Shown here piece by piece: positions 17,223 through 28,268 of a stretch of DNA of 64,000 nucleotides. Position numbers and translations under genes: made by a program. The DNA is taken from assembly GCA_020630875.1 (NCBI GenBank), contig JAHDIH010000001.1:789093-853092 (forward strand). Direction: 5' to 3'. The notes under the pieces are model-generated. The model saw only the letters and a program-made list of their open reading frames with translations. It did no database searches and was not told the origin of the DNA. The DNA is from Deltaproteobacteria bacterium (GTDB taxonomy: Bacteria; Myxococcota_A; Polyangia; Haliangiales; Haliangiaceae). Position 1 is the first letter of the stretch; every line of letters starts with the position of its first letter.

Positions 17223-18256
17223 AGTGTGGCTCCTGACTTAGACTTTTGTTGCTCTCGCTCGTCTCTAATTTCACCAAAGAGTTCTTCGAGTAGGTCTTCC
17301 ATGGTTACGATGCCAAGCATTTTCCCATATTCGTCCACAACAAGTGCCATGTGAGTTCGGCGATTCTTGAAAATTTGAAAAAGCATTTCGCACTTTAGAG
17401 ACTTCGGTACGTAAAGCGGGCGCTGAAGCATCTCAGCTAACGGTAGTGGGTCTCGAATTTCCATAGCTTGTGCTACTAAATCCTTAGCAAATAACACTCC
17501 TTGGATGTTATCGAGCGACCTTTGAAAAATGGGGACTCGCGAATACCCACGACTTGCAATTGTCTCGATTAACTGTATGCGAGAAAGATCGTAAGAAAGC
17601 GCGAAAACCTTGCTTCGCGGAATCATGATTTGGCCGACGGTTTTATCGTCAAATTCAAACACTTTGTGGATCAAACGTTTTTCTCTCGCGTTGACTTGGC
17701 CTTCCGCGCTTCCTGCATCGACCATAGCGACGAACTCCTGCTCGGATAAAGGTTTCACTGGTCTTTGAGATGCTAGTCCAAAGAACCACAGAAGAACGTT
17801 GACTACCGCTCGGATCACTCTTCTTATCGGCCACGTTATTATTGACCACAGAGCGAGTGGGCCAGATGCAAATGCTGACCAACGGCGTGGTCTTTTGAAG
17901 GCTAAGGTTTTAGGAAGAATTTCTCCGAAACAAAGTAGGATTGGAAGAACAGTAAACGTGGACAACAAGGTGAGAGTGACGTCATCGGTTGTTTTGTAGA
18001 GGATGGGGGCCATACTCGCCACGGTCACCGAGATGCTAACGTTTACAACTTCGTTGCCGAGTAGTATCGCGGTGATCAGGCGACGTGGTGTTTGCAGTAA
18101 CCCATAGATTCTATTGTGACTTTTCTTTTTGGATTTCGAAAACTCTTCGCGATCGATACGCCGTAGCGAAAACAACGCGACTTCCGTTCCAGAGAAGAAA
18201 GCTGATGCTATCACTAAAAGTACAAGAGCTATCAGTTGGGGGGCTATTTCTCCCAA
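17219..18256 (-). CDS. DUF21 plus CBS-pair membrane protein (CNNM paralog lacking the CorC_HlyC domain)
   Basis: [14 protein letters not shown]21 signature and a CBS pair. 4-nt overlap with the downstream paralog. Confidence 0.75.
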   Translation of the reverse strand: MGEIAPQLIALVLLVIASAFFSGTEVALFSLRRIDREEFSKSKKKSHNRIYGLLQTPRRLITAILLGNEVVNVSISVTVASMAPILYKTTDDVTLTLLSTFTVLPILLCFGEILPKTLAFKRPRRWSAFASGPLALWSIITWPIRRVIRAVVNVLLWFFGLASQRPVKPLSEQEFVAMVDAGSAEGQVNAREKRLIHKVFEFDDKTVGQIMIPRSKVFALSYDLSRIQLIETIASRGYSRVPIFQRSLDNIQGVLFAKDLVAQAMEIRDPLPLAEMLQRPLYVPKSLKCEMLFQIFKNRRTHMALVVDEYGKMLGIVTMEDLLEELFGEIRDEREQQKSKSGATL

Positions 18257-18768
18257 TGAGATTCTCCAGTTAATGAAGAAAGTGTCTTCTGGCCGGCGCG
18301 TTGTTTTTCTGGCTTCTCCGTATTGCGCAATAGTAACAGTGCCACGACAACCAAGACGACGAAGAAGACAAGGATCGCAACCGCAGTGAACCAGGGGTTG
18401 CGCTTTTCCTTTTCTTTACGCACTAGCCCCATGCTTGCCACAGCGATTGCCAATTTTCTCAGCTTTTCCAACTGGCGTGCCGCTTGGTCTCTGGTATCTT
18501 GTTGCTCTAGCGCTGAGGTGTAGAGGGCGGTTATCTGTGAGCGCTTAGGTGTGTTGGCGTACTTTTGATAGAACTCTTCGTGCTTGGCCTCTTGCTGCCA
18601 AGCATCTTTTAGTTGACTCCAATCATTCATAAGCTCTGGGTCGAATGGGTTTTGCTTTTGGTATTGTGCAAAGTTTTCGCGCAGCAGACCGCAGTGAATG
18701 CAAGCTTCGGCACTCGGTTGTTGGCGCAGGCACTTCGCGCATTTCATTGTAGTAGCGTTAATTGTCAT
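18244..18768 (-). CDS. zinc-ribbon plus single-TM hypothetical protein
   Basis: N-terminal CxxC...CxxC (CAKC...CIHC) and C-terminal TM helix. Confidence 0.45.
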   Translation of the reverse strand: MTINATTMKCAKCLRQQPSAEACIHCGLLRENFAQYQKQNPFDPELMNDWSQLKDAWQQEAKHEEFYQKYANTPKRSQITALYTSALEQQDTRDQAARQLEKLRKLAIAVASMGLVRKEKEKRNPWFTAVAILVFFVVLVVVALLLLRNTEKPEKQRAGQKTLSSLTGESHWEK

Positions 18769-20225
18769 AAACTTTCCTCGAAGAACTCTCCAATCAGTGA
18801 GAGTAGTCCCGCCTTCCTGCTCGCCTCTCCTTTAGATGATATCTCAGTGGTGCCGCAGCCGCTTTTTAGTGGCGGCAAACGGAACATCACGTGTCTCAAC
18901 TTATTGGCGACCCCTTTGGTCTTCTTCAGGCCGTTTATCATTAGGAGTACTCCGTCTCTTATTTCCCACGCAAACGACGACGGTTGCGAGTTAGATAATT
19001 TTGCATAGGCAGCGATGAAGCGGGCATCAGTTTTTGGACCTGGGCATCGAGTCACGACGAGTGAGCCGTCAAGTCCGTGGTTGCCCGCGGTAGCGTTTGG
19101 TTTGTGCCACCCGCTGTTGCCCATTAGTTGGACTCTGGTAGGAACTCTTCCTCCATGTTTCTTTTGCAGCGTTGAGGTGTCGGGAGCGATGCCATCATCA
19201 AACTCGATGTTGAAGTACCTTAAATGAGCAACAGTGAGAATGGCGTTGTTTAGTTCATCCGGGACGTACAAAAGATCGAACTCTATCTTGGGAGAGTACG
19301 TTTTCATTCCTTTCTTTCTTCCATAACGCCTCAGGTGTCGAGAAAGGCGAGGGTTTGTACTTGGTGTCAAGTTCAGCCACCTGCGAATGTCTGACTGTAG
19401 ATCCATCCCCGACGGGTCGTAGAACCCGGCCTTTTTAACCGTGAGCCCAAGCATCTTTGCACTTTCAATAAATGCGCTTACCTGATCTCTTCCCAGTTCG
19501 TTGCGCGGCGCAAGGACTGCCACTGAGCGATATCCTAGGGACTTAGCCGCCTTTGCCGCGGCGGAGCTTTCCCATCGAGGGGAGGGAACCAACTGAAAAA
19601 CGTTTCCTTTCGCGTTTCCGGCGGTGTGCGGAGAAAAAATGCCGATGGGAATACCTGCTTCGGACGCCGCCCGCGCTGCAGCCAGACTCTCTCTCATTCC
19701 AAGGGGACCAAGAATCAATGACGCGTTGGACTTGCGTACTTTATCGTAGGCGACTTGTTCAGCTCCTTGGGTATCTAGCAGTTCAATTTGCGCCTTAGGG
19801 AGGTGAGCAAGTAATGTCGCACGCACAGCTAAGGCAAAAGCTTCACCACTTCGTTGGTGTACACCGGAGAGAGGTGCAGCTATCGCGATCGCTCCATTGG
19901 GCTCATAACTTTGTCGCAGTTTTGATATTGTAATTTGGTTAGCCTGTCGTACTGATGGATCCAAGACTTTCGCGAGCCAGTAGTCCTTTTTGCCAGAATT
20001 TGTGTGAGACGCAATAGCTGCAAGTCTCAGTGCTAAAAGGGAAGATTTAGGCTCGTCTGATATTGCCTGCTGCGCCACTAGATCATCAACGGGAACACCC
20101 TTGGGTGCTTCGTAGCTCGCTTGGCTTGATGGCTGCTGACTAGCATTATTGCGTTTTGGGGTGAGAGTAGGTGACCTACGGTCGACGCAGGAAACTACTA
20201 ATAGTAAAATTACTAATCTAATCAT
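18765..20225 (-). CDS. lipoprotein with periplasmic-binding-protein-like fold (LpoA-like?)
   Basis: Lipobox LLVVSC. The downstream segment resembles type I periplasmic binding proteins (IAIAAPLSGVHQRSGEAFALAV). Tentative. Confidence 0.4.
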   Translation of the reverse strand: MIRLVILLLVVSCVDRRSPTLTPKRNNASQQPSSQASYEAPKGVPVDDLVAQQAISDEPKSSLLALRLAAIASHTNSGKKDYWLAKVLDPSVRQANQITISKLRQSYEPNGAIAIAAPLSGVHQRSGEAFALAVRATLLAHLPKAQIELLDTQGAEQVAYDKVRKSNASLILGPLGMRESLAAARAASEAGIPIGIFSPHTAGNAKGNVFQLVPSPRWESSAAAKAAKSLGYRSVAVLAPRNELGRDQVSAFIESAKMLGLTVKKAGFYDPSGMDLQSDIRRWLNLTPSTNPRLSRHLRRYGRKKGMKTYSPKIEFDLLYVPDELNNAILTVAHLRYFNIEFDDGIAPDTSTLQKKHGGRVPTRVQLMGNSGWHKPNATAGNHGLDGSLVVTRCPGPKTDARFIAAYAKLSNSQPSSFAWEIRDGVLLMINGLKKTKGVANKLRHVMFRLPPLKSGCGTTEISSKGEASRKAGLLSLIGEFFEESL

Positions 20226-21132
20226 CGAGAAGGGACCGAATTTTACCTTTCAGTTTCGTTGTCGCTTTAGAAGGCTTGAGACTCGTGCCAGTGAGTGTAG
20301 CGGCGAATGCACGCAGTATTTTTTCTTGTTCCGGCGTTACCGTGGACGGAACGTCGATGTTGATAGTTACTAAGTGGTCTCCTCTGTTCGCGCCAGGAAG
20401 ACTCGTTTTTGGTATCCCATGGTTACGAACTCGGAATGTTTTACCGGACGGAGTGCCTGCTGGGATTTTCATTCTTACCGGTCCGTCTACTGTGATTATG
20501 TTGATGCTATCGCCCAAAACTGCTTGGTGATAAGCCACCGTCGCCTCGCTTAGAATGTTGAAGCCTTCGCGGGATAGCGTTTTATCTTCGCGGACGCGAA
20601 TCACCACCGCCAAGTCACCAGGGGGACCGCCAGAGGCTCCAGGATTTCCTTCTCCGCGGATGACCTCAACGGCACCGCTCTTGGTTCCCGGTTTTACCCG
20701 AACCTCAAAAGTTTTGGTCCCACGGGACGTTTCGACTTTGATTTCTTTTGAGACCCCGTGCACGGCCTCAGGTAAACTGACTTCCAGCGTATAACGCAGG
20801 TCTCTGCCTCTTCGTTTTTGAATTCGTTCCCGCCATTTTCGACCGATATCTCCGAATAAGTCGTCAATCGCTTCCATCACGATCGTGATTCCACTGAGGT
20901 TTTCCTCATCAAGACCAGCATGACCATGCCTGTCGTAACGTGCACGAAGTTTGGCATCACTGAGAACGGCATAAGCCTCGTTGATTTGCTTAAAAAGCTT
21001 TTCCGCGCCGCTGTCGTCTGGGTTTAGATCTGGATGATGGCGCCTGGCCTTATCTCGGAATGCTTTTTTGAGTTCGGCATCATCGGCACCTTGTTGCACT
21101 CCCAGTAGATCGTAGTAATCGCGTTTTGCCAT
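20218..21132 (-). CDS. J-domain co-chaperone, CbpA/DnaJ-like, lacking the Zn-finger domain
   Basis: J domain DYYDLLGV...HHPDLNP with HPD, and DnaJ C-terminal domains I/II. No CxxCxGxG repeats. 304 aa, like CbpA. Confidence 0.8.
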   Translation of the reverse strand: MAKRDYYDLLGVQQGADDAELKKAFRDKARRHHPDLNPDDSGAEKLFKQINEAYAVLSDAKLRARYDRHGHAGLDEENLSGITIVMEAIDDLFGDIGRKWRERIQKRRGRDLRYTLEVSLPEAVHGVSKEIKVETSRGTKTFEVRVKPGTKSGAVEVIRGEGNPGASGGPPGDLAVVIRVREDKTLSREGFNILSEATVAYHQAVLGDSINIITVDGPVRMKIPAGTPSGKTFRVRNHGIPKTSLPGANRGDHLVTINIDVPSTVTPEQEKILRAFAATLTGTSLKPSKATTKLKGKIRSLLDD

Positions 21133-21133
21133 A

Positions 21134-23029
21134 CTAGTCCTCGCCGAGATCGATGTCTCCGAGGTCTAGAAGATCTTGTTCCATATCTTCTTCCACGTTA
21201 ACTACGACTTCTTCTCTAGCTTGAGACTGGTTATATATCACGTCACCGATACGTTGAGCAGACAGCTCAAGACGAGACACCACTTCTCGTACGAGAGCGG
21301 GATCCTCGCTATCTAACGTGAGCTTACATTCCTCAAGATCTCGGTTGTATTCTTCACGTTCATTGTCGGTGAGGACATGGCCAAATTCTTCTAGCGCTTT
21401 CTCTGCAGTATAAAGAAGTGACTGCGCTTGATTCTTTGCTTCAGCAAGTTCCTTTTTGGAGACGTCCGCGGCAGCAGCTTGTTGCGCTTCAGATATTAGT
21501 TCTTCGATTGCCGAGTCACTCAATCCGCTAGTGGGTTGAATGTTGATTTGTTGTTTTTTACCAGTGCCCAAGTCAACCGCCGTCACATCCAACATACCAT
21601 CAGCGTCGAGGTCGAATGTCACCTCGATTCGAGGCACGCCGCGAGGAGCCGGCGGAATTCCTACGAGCTCAAAGTTGGCTAGAGATTTGTTGTCCTCTGC
21701 CATCTCACGTTCTCCTTGAAGTACGTGCACCGGTACAAAATCTTGGTTGTCCAAAGACGTTGAGAATATCTCTCCTGCGGTTGCCGGAATCGTAGTATTA
21801 CGTTCGATTAGTTTCCTGAAAACACCACCGGCGGTTTCTACGCCCAGCGACAACGGAGTCACATCAAGAAGTAGTACTTCGTCGACTTCGCCTGTAAGAA
21901 CTCCAGCTTGAATCGCTGCGCCGGAGGCTACCACTTCGTCCGGGTTGACGGAGCGACTTGGTTCTTTGCCAAAAAACTCTGAAACAATTTCCTGCACCTT
22001 CGGCATTCTTGTTTGGCCGCCAACCAGGATGACAGCGTCAATGTTGGTTTTCATGAGATTGGCGTCTTCCAGCGCCTTTTTGCATGGGGCGAGGCAACGC
22101 TGCACGAGTGGATCAACTAGTTCCTCTAGTGCACTTCTTGTAAGCTGCGCTTCTAAGTGAAGGGGACCGCTTGCACCGGTTGCGAGGAACGGGAGGTTGA
22201 CGTCGGTTTCGGTCTTAGAGGAAAGTTCATGCTTTGCGGCCTCTGCGGCTTCTTTGAGACGTTGTAGTGCTAGGTTGTCGCCTCGTAAGTCAACGCCATC
22301 TGATGATTCAGTAAAACGGCCTAGCAGCCATTCCACAATGGCGTTGTCGAAGTCTTCACCTCCCAAAAACGTATCGCCGGAAGTGGAAAGGACTCTGAAA
22401 ATGCCATCGGTTAGTTCGAGTATGGAAATATCAAACGTCCCTCCACCCAAGTCGAATACTGCGACCTTTTCTGCTCTTTCGGAGTCAAGACCATAGGCGA
22501 GCGCAGCAGCGGTTGGCTCGTTAATTATTCGCACAATATCTAGACCCGCGACCTTGCCTGCATCTTTGGTCGCCTGCCTTTGCGCATCGTCAAAGTACGC
22601 TGGAACCGTGACAACAGCTTGTTCGACTTCTTCTTGTAGGTAGTCTTCCGCGGTTTGTCTCATTTTGTTAAGCACCATGGCAGAGACTTCGGGCGGAGAA
22701 TAGGAACGGCCGCGGACTGAAACATGCGCATCGCCATTATCGGCGGCGATAACTTCGTAGGGACAGGTCAAAATGAGACGCTCTACTTCTTCGTCGGAGA
22801 ATTTCCGACCCATTAAACGCTTTACTGCGAATACTGTGTTTTCCGCATTGGTCACCGCTTGCCGTTTGGCGATTTGACCTACAAGACGCTCATCGTCATC
22901 TGTAAAGGCAACAACCGAGGGCGTCGTTCGCGCACCTTCGGAATTTGGTATTACAGTAGGCTCGTCGTTTTCGATCACAGCAACGCAAGAGTTTGTAGTA
23001 CCGAGATCGATTCCAATTGTATGGCTCAT
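21134..23029 (-). CDS. dnaK: molecular chaperone DnaK (Hsp70)
   Basis: [22 protein letters not shown] and [11 protein letters not shown] signatures; 631 aa. Confidence 0.95.
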   Translation of the reverse strand: MSHTIGIDLGTTNSCVAVIENDEPTVIPNSEGARTTPSVVAFTDDDERLVGQIAKRQAVTNAENTVFAVKRLMGRKFSDEEVERLILTCPYEVIAADNGDAHVSVRGRSYSPPEVSAMVLNKMRQTAEDYLQEEVEQAVVTVPAYFDDAQRQATKDAGKVAGLDIVRIINEPTAAALAYGLDSERAEKVAVFDLGGGTFDISILELTDGIFRVLSTSGDTFLGGEDFDNAIVEWLLGRFTESSDGVDLRGDNLALQRLKEAAEAAKHELSSKTETDVNLPFLATGASGPLHLEAQLTRSALEELVDPLVQRCLAPCKKALEDANLMKTNIDAVILVGGQTRMPKVQEIVSEFFGKEPSRSVNPDEVVASGAAIQAGVLTGEVDEVLLLDVTPLSLGVETAGGVFRKLIERNTTIPATAGEIFSTSLDNQDFVPVHVLQGEREMAEDNKSLANFELVGIPPAPRGVPRIEVTFDLDADGMLDVTAVDLGTGKKQQINIQPTSGLSDSAIEELISEAQQAAAADVSKKELAEAKNQAQSLLYTAEKALEEFGHVLTDNEREEYNRDLEECKLTLDSEDPALVREVVSRLELSAQRIGDVIYNQSQAREEVVVNVEEDMEQDLLDLGDIDLGED

Positions 23030-23031
23030 AA

Positions 23032-23871
23032 TTACTCTACTTCTTCTTTATCAGTGTTGGTATCCTGCTCGGCGGGCTCAGCCTCATCTACCTCGTTATC
23101 CACGTTCTCATTGCTCTCGGCCTGAGGCTCATGCGCGGAGCTGTCCGACGCTGAAGTCAACGCAGTCGCAACCACTACCATCGTTGGACGCAACAAGCGG
23201 TCTCCCATCACGTACCCTTGCTGCATTACAGCACAAACGCTTCCAGGCGGAAATTCATCGGTCTCCATCTGGGAAATGGCTTCGTGGACGTTGGGGTCGA
23301 ATGGATTTCCCAGAGCATCCACTTGTTTTATATTCATTTTTTCAAGAGCCATTGAAAATTGCTTTAGAACCATTTGCACACCTTTTAAGGTGGCATCATC
23401 TTCGCTCGCGGTGGCGGCGGCGTGGTCAACTGCTCTTTGGAGGTTGTCAATTACAGGAAGAATTTCGCGAACGGTCTTTGCTCGTGTATCGACTTTGGAA
23501 TCATTGACTTCCCTGCGAGTTCGTTTGCGTAGATTCTCCATATCCGCAGCAGTTCGAACCATTTGCTGGTAGTATTGGTCTTTGTCGTTGGTGGCTTTTT
23601 CTAGTTCTTGTTGCAGCGTCTCGATTTGAGTCTGCATTTCCTCTTTTTTCGCATTCTGGGGGATGTCGGTTTCAGGAGGTACTACCGCAAGCTCTGGCTC
23701 CACCAACGCTGGGGATTCCACAGTCGCTTCGATTTCAATCTCAGGTGAGGCAAGAACATCTTCGATGGTTCCTTTTAACTCACCGCTGTCGGCCACTAGG
23801 TCTTCAGCGTCGGATAAATCATAAACCACTGGTCCATTGTCATCTCCGGGAGGCAGATTATCTTGTTCCAC
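23032..23871 (-). CDS. grpE: nucleotide exchange factor GrpE, with long acidic N-terminal extension
   Basis: C-terminal GrpE core ([10 protein letters not shown]...[11 protein letters not shown]...[17 protein letters not shown]). N-terminal region of about 100 aa is Asp/Glu/Pro-rich. Confidence 0.85.
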   Translation of the reverse strand: MEQDNLPPGDDNGPVVYDLSDAEDLVADSGELKGTIEDVLASPEIEIEATVESPALVEPELAVVPPETDIPQNAKKEEMQTQIETLQQELEKATNDKDQYYQQMVRTAADMENLRKRTRREVNDSKVDTRAKTVREILPVIDNLQRAVDHAAATASEDDATLKGVQMVLKQFSMALEKMNIKQVDALGNPFDPNVHEAISQMETDEFPPGSVCAVMQQGYVMGDRLLRPTMVVVATALTSASDSSAHEPQAESNENVDNEVDEAEPAEQDTNTDKEEVE

Positions 23872-23931
23872 GACTCGATTATAGCGCTGGAAGGCATGGC
23901 AAGCATGCGAAACGACGCCCTTTTTTCGATA

Positions 23932-24963
23932 TTATGACTCGGAATCGGCTAAAATTTCGGTCATCAAAGAAGCCGTAAAATCCACGACACTCATTATTTT
24001 CCCGTAATTCATTCTCATGGGCCCGACAACCGCTATCGCACCAAGCGGTTGTTCGTCTGGTCCGTACGGTCGTGCGATCACAGATGCCTCTTTCATTGCT
24101 TGAAGCTCGGTTTCTGCACCAAGAAAGACCTGTATCCCCTGAGCAGAGGATACCCGCTCCAATAAATCTAGCACTGTTTCTTTAGTTTCCAGTGCTTTTA
24201 GGAGTGCTTTGGTTTGTTTGAGCCCCTCGGCATCCGGGTTCGTGCTGCCCACCAAATTGGCGCTACCGGAAACGATCACCTCCTGCGCTGATGGATCGGC
24301 TACAGCTTTTGCGCCGATCTCCAGTGCCGCCTTGGCGACTTTGTCGTAATGAGAACGTCCACTCTTCAGTTCTTCCTGTATATGTTTTTGTGTTTCAGCG
24401 AGAGTCAGCCCTGCAAGCTGCTCGGTCAGATAGTTGTTCACTTGTTCAAGTACGTTGCTTTCGACCGGTTGATTCTGAATGATGCGATTTTGAACGTTAC
24501 CATCCGTGGTCACCAAAATACTGAGGATTCTGTCTCCGGAGAGCTTGTGGAATTCGATGTGTTTGAGTCTCTGCCAGTTACTACTCGCCGCAAGTACAAC
24601 ACCGGTATGCTGAGTCAAGTTGGACAACATAAGTGATGCATCATTGGCAAGAGATGGTGTGGCTCCGATACTATGTCGGATATTTTCCTTATCCTGACGC
24701 GAGAGTTGATTCACTTTAATAAGTGAATCTATAAAGAAGCGCAAACCGTGTTGAGTGGGCACTCTACCTGAAGACGTATGAATTTGGGTTAACAGTCCCA
24801 ATTCCTCAAGATCCGACATTACGTTGCGGACAGTTGCTGGAGACAACTCTAATTTGTGTTTCTTGGTAATCGTTCGAGAGCCAACAGCATCTCCCGTACC
24901 CAAGTATTCACGAACAACAGCAGCAAGAATCTTTCTCGCTCGGTGATTGACCTCACTGCTCAT
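23932..24963 (-). CDS. hrcA: heat-inducible transcriptional repressor HrcA
   Basis: N-terminal winged helix (RARKILAAVVREYL..GDAVGS) and HrcA C-terminal domain; 343 aa; upstream of grpE-dnaK. Confidence 0.85.
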   Translation of the reverse strand: MSSEVNHRARKILAAVVREYLGTGDAVGSRTITKKHKLELSPATVRNVMSDLEELGLLTQIHTSSGRVPTQHGLRFFIDSLIKVNQLSRQDKENIRHSIGATPSLANDASLMLSNLTQHTGVVLAASSNWQRLKHIEFHKLSGDRILSILVTTDGNVQNRIIQNQPVESNVLEQVNNYLTEQLAGLTLAETQKHIQEELKSGRSHYDKVAKAALEIGAKAVADPSAQEVIVSGSANLVGSTNPDAEGLKQTKALLKALETKETVLDLLERVSSAQGIQVFLGAETELQAMKEASVIARPYGPDEQPLGAIAVVGPMRMNYGKIMSVVDFTASLMTEILADSES

Positions 24964-24997
24964 AGCCTAAGCTTACTTGATTCTAGAGGTTTTCTCA

Positions 24998-26089
24998 TCA
25001 ATCTAGTTCCGCGATTCTGGCTGCTATTTGGTTGTGAAATAAGAACCCGCGAAAAGTAGGGTAGAGGCCGTCATCTCTTTGTTCCACCAGATTGTCGTCT
25101 ATTAGCCAATTGGCAATTTCCGCGGGGATCTTGTCAGTTTTTACGCCATGATTGGTTCTGAGAGCCAACCACAGCAAATCCTTTTGGTTTTCATTCCAGG
25201 GGATTTCTTCCGCATCTATCGGAGCGTTCCGCATGTAACTTTTATAAGACCTTGGATTTGTTTCTCGAATCGCTCCATTTTTTGTTTGCCGGTACGATGC
25301 GGCCCCCATTCCGATTCCCAAATAGTCTTTTCCGTTCCAATAGAGCTGATTGTGCAAACTTCGCTTATTGTTTTTGGCAAATGATGAGATTTCGTAGTGC
25401 TCAAAGCCGTGCGCTAAGGCAATCCGGCGGATCTGTTCTATTTCTTCGACTCGCATGTTTTCAGCGACCGGATGAAACGTTCCGTTGTCAACTCGCGTTT
25501 TCAAAACGGTATTGGGTTCGATTGTTAACTCGTAGATTGAAATGTGGTCCACAGAATATTCCGCTAGTTCCTCAAAAGACTTTTCTACGGAGGAGCCTGG
25601 GACGCCAAGAATCAAATCAACAGAGATGTTGTCGAAATATTTTGCGGCGTTTGCGACCGCTTGCTTGCCATCTCCCATCTTATGATCGCGTCCGAGTTGG
25701 GTGAGGGCAGTCTTTGACGTGGTTTGAGCTCCAATAGACAACCTGTTGATTCCCAATGCTTTCCATTGTCTCAGCTTCTCCGGAGTGCAGTCCGTTGGGT
25801 TAGCCTCTAAGGTGATTTCCGTCGCGGCTCCAAACTTCGTGGTTATGTCGCCAACTATTGTTTCGATACAGCTAGGCTCCCAAAGAGACGGAGTTCCCCC
25901 ACCAAAGTAGATAGATTGAAGGCTTCCACTGTAAGCTCCTGCTCGAGAAAGAAGCTCGCTTTGAAGTCTTTTCAGGTATTCATGATGTTCGGGGCTGCTG
26001 TTTGGGCCGACGACCTTAATTGCAAAGTCGCAGTAGTGGCATCGACTCCTGCACCAAGGCACATGAACGTAAATTCCTAGTTGGTTCAC
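24998..26089 (-). CDS. hemW: radical SAM heme chaperone HemW (HemN-like)
   Basis: YVHVPWCRSRCHYCDF radical-SAM CxxxCxxC and HemN_C domain; 363 aa. Lies upstream of hrcA, as in Firmicutes hemN-hrcA-grpE-dnaK. Confidence 0.85.
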   Translation of the reverse strand: MNQLGIYVHVPWCRSRCHYCDFAIKVVGPNSSPEHHEYLKRLQSELLSRAGAYSGSLQSIYFGGGTPSLWEPSCIETIVGDITTKFGAATEITLEANPTDCTPEKLRQWKALGINRLSIGAQTTSKTALTQLGRDHKMGDGKQAVANAAKYFDNISVDLILGVPGSSVEKSFEELAEYSVDHISIYELTIEPNTVLKTRVDNGTFHPVAENMRVEEIEQIRRIALAHGFEHYEISSFAKNNKRSLHNQLYWNGKDYLGIGMGAASYRQTKNGAIRETNPRSYKSYMRNAPIDAEEIPWNENQKDLLWLALRTNHGVKTDKIPAEIANWLIDDNLVEQRDDGLYPTFRGFLFHNQIAARIAELD

Positions 26090-27348
26090 CCGTTACCAAA
26101 GAGAATACGGAACTCAGACTTGATGCCACTTGAGTTAGCTGGAAAGGTCCAGCGTCCCACGGCTCGCTTGATGCACGCACCTAATGCGTGGTTGTCGTGA
26201 CTTGACAGTTTCGTACTAGTAACTTTTCCCGCCTTACTAACAGACAGCGATACCGTTACCTTTTTCAATTTCAGGAAAGGATCCTTTTTTTGAGCGCGGG
26301 CATAACAACGCTTGTACTGCATGCCGCTTTTCCGCACTTTTCGATCTACCATATCGGGAGTCAGCTCGTCTTTGCCAAATGACTCCGGGTTGACAGCTGT
26401 TTGCGTGCCGCCGCCCGTAGCACCGCTAGACGCTTTGGTACCACCGCTTGGGCGTTGTTGCCGTGGACGCTTCGCTATCTGCTTTTTCTTTTGACCGGGA
26501 ATACGAATTCCGTCTTCGTTGTATCGAATTCCTAGATTGGAGCTGTCGTCAGAGGTGCTTCCATATTCCCTAGATTCGCCCATGCCTTTTAGCTGTACAA
26601 TCGCCGCTGCGACTCCTGCAATAATCAATGCGCCCAGTACCACGAAGACAAGTCCTCCCCGTTTGCTGCTCTTCTTTTTACTTGAAGTGGTAGTTAAGTC
26701 GGGAGGGAGTAGGGCACCAGGCAAAGCAGACATATCTGCGGTGCCGAGCTGTACGGTTTTTTTTGCTGGGGTCGAACCCAATCCGGCTAGTTGAGGAAGT
26801 TTTACAACGCGTGAAACTTCGCCAACCTCGAACAAATCACCTTCGCCCGACGCACCATCGTCTCGATGGTCAAAGTTGTCGAACATGTTGCCTCGTTGAA
26901 GGGCATCAGGTTGCTTTACAGATCCTGCAAACTCTTTGACGTCACCAACGGGAAGCCAATCAGTAAAGCCTTCGCTCCAACAGTAAAAGTCCCCGCCACC
27001 GGCTTTGCTGCTTAACCACTCTTTCGCATCTTCTACTGAGAAAGGACCGTGCTGGTCGCCGTTAAGTGACACGTACCATTCTTGAGACGCCTCAGCGGCC
27101 TTTTTCTCGACAGGTGGTGTCGTAGCAATGCTGTCTTCTTTTTCAGGGAGCGACTCTTGCTTCGCTTCCTTGGGAATTGCGGGGGCCTTCTTTTCCGCGG
27201 AGGCCTTCTTTTCCGCGCCGGCTTTCGCCGGGTCACGAACTTCAACGATCTCACTGCAGTTTTTGCAGCGAATCTTTAGTACTTTTCCGCGAACTCTTTC
27301 ATCTGAGATTGAGTACCGCGTTTGACAACTATGACATTGAAACTTCAT
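26086..27348 (-). CDS. zinc-ribbon (MJ0042-type), GYF-like and TonB-C/AgmX-PglI-type C-terminal domain membrane protein
   Basis: N-terminal CHSC...CKNC ribbon, DUF4339/GYF-like block (EWYVSLNGDQHGPFS), one TM helix, Pro/Gly-rich linker, and C-terminal KRCY...VTVSLSV...ACIKRAVGRWTFP fold shared with the lipoproteins at 37.4-40.8 kb. Confidence 0.55.
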   Translation of the reverse strand: MKFQCHSCQTRYSISDERVRGKVLKIRCKNCSEIVEVRDPAKAGAEKKASAEKKAPAIPKEAKQESLPEKEDSIATTPPVEKKAAEASQEWYVSLNGDQHGPFSVEDAKEWLSSKAGGGDFYCWSEGFTDWLPVGDVKEFAGSVKQPDALQRGNMFDNFDHRDDGASGEGDLFEVGEVSRVVKLPQLAGLGSTPAKKTVQLGTADMSALPGALLPPDLTTTSSKKKSSKRGGLVFVVLGALIIAGVAAAIVQLKGMGESREYGSTSDDSSNLGIRYNEDGIRIPGQKKKQIAKRPRQQRPSGGTKASSGATGGGTQTAVNPESFGKDELTPDMVDRKVRKSGMQYKRCYARAQKKDPFLKLKKVTVSLSVSKAGKVTSTKLSSHDNHALGACIKRAVGRWTFPANSSGIKSEFRILFGNG

Positions 27349-27413
27349 TCCCGACGATTAATGGTAGCAAATCGCAGTCACTTTCACACCTCCGAGCGAG
27401 ATAAAAATTGTCC

Positions 27414-28229
27414 TTACGTGTAGTTGTTTGCTGACTTTGTAAGAGTTTTGTCTAACAAGTGGGAGGGGCGCACATTGCTTAACGACGCCAGCATCTGGTC
27501 TTTGATTTGCGGTGAGTCTTTCTCTAACTCAGTAAGCAGACGTTTTACCTGCTGCCGCTTTTGTTCCGGCAGACCGCAAGACGGACACCCACATCGGACT
27601 ACAGGGTAGCTTTTGCGCAAGGACCACTCTTCCAGTAGATCCTCAGGCACGTAAGCCATCGGACGAATTACAATGTGCCTTCCATTATCTGCAAAAAGCT
27701 TAGGAGGCATGGAGGAAATTTTGCCTCCGTAGAATACATTTAGAATTAGTGTTTCGATTAGGTCGTCTCGGTGATGACCAAGTGCAAGCTTGTTGCAGCC
27801 AAATTTGTCTGCGAGTCCGTACAGCACCCCACGTCTTAGCCGAGAGCATAGTGAACAGGGCGTTGCCCCCGGCTTGAGTTTACTTTCAACAATCGAAGCG
27901 AAGGACTCCGTGATCATTTCATATCGCACGCCGGTAGTTTTAAGGTGAGCTTCGATGGTAGGTGTATCGTAGCCTGGCCACCCTTGGTCAACGTTGACCG
28001 CGGTCATCGTAAAAGATACCGGCGATCTTTTTTGAAGTTCTAGTAATACATCCAAAAGTGCATAGGAGTCTTTACCTCCAGAGATGCAAACCATGATGTG
28101 ATCGCCTTCACTGATTAGATCAAAGTCAGAGATGGCCTTGCTCGTTTTTTTTCGAAGCCTTTGCTCTAACTTTTCTGTGGTTTGCTCGCTGCTAGGTAAA
28201 CGGTTGTTTCGGATCACGCTTAGTTGCAT
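27414..28229 (-). CDS. ttcA: tRNA 2-thiocytidine(32) synthetase TtcA
   Basis: PP-loop SGGKDS plus the two CxxC pairs (CSLCSRLRRG, CGCPSC) characteristic of TtcA. Confidence 0.8.
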   Translation of the reverse strand: MQLSVIRNNRLPSSEQTTEKLEQRLRKKTSKAISDFDLISEGDHIMVCISGGKDSYALLDVLLELQKRSPVSFTMTAVNVDQGWPGYDTPTIEAHLKTTGVRYEMITESFASIVESKLKPGATPCSLCSRLRRGVLYGLADKFGCNKLALGHHRDDLIETLILNVFYGGKISSMPPKLFADNGRHIVIRPMAYVPEDLLEEWSLRKSYPVVRCGCPSCGLPEQKRQQVKRLLTELEKDSPQIKDQMLASLSNVRPSHLLDKTLTKSANNYT

Positions 28230-28268
28230 TACCGCTGCATCCTACAGAAGCATCAAGTGGCTGCCAAT

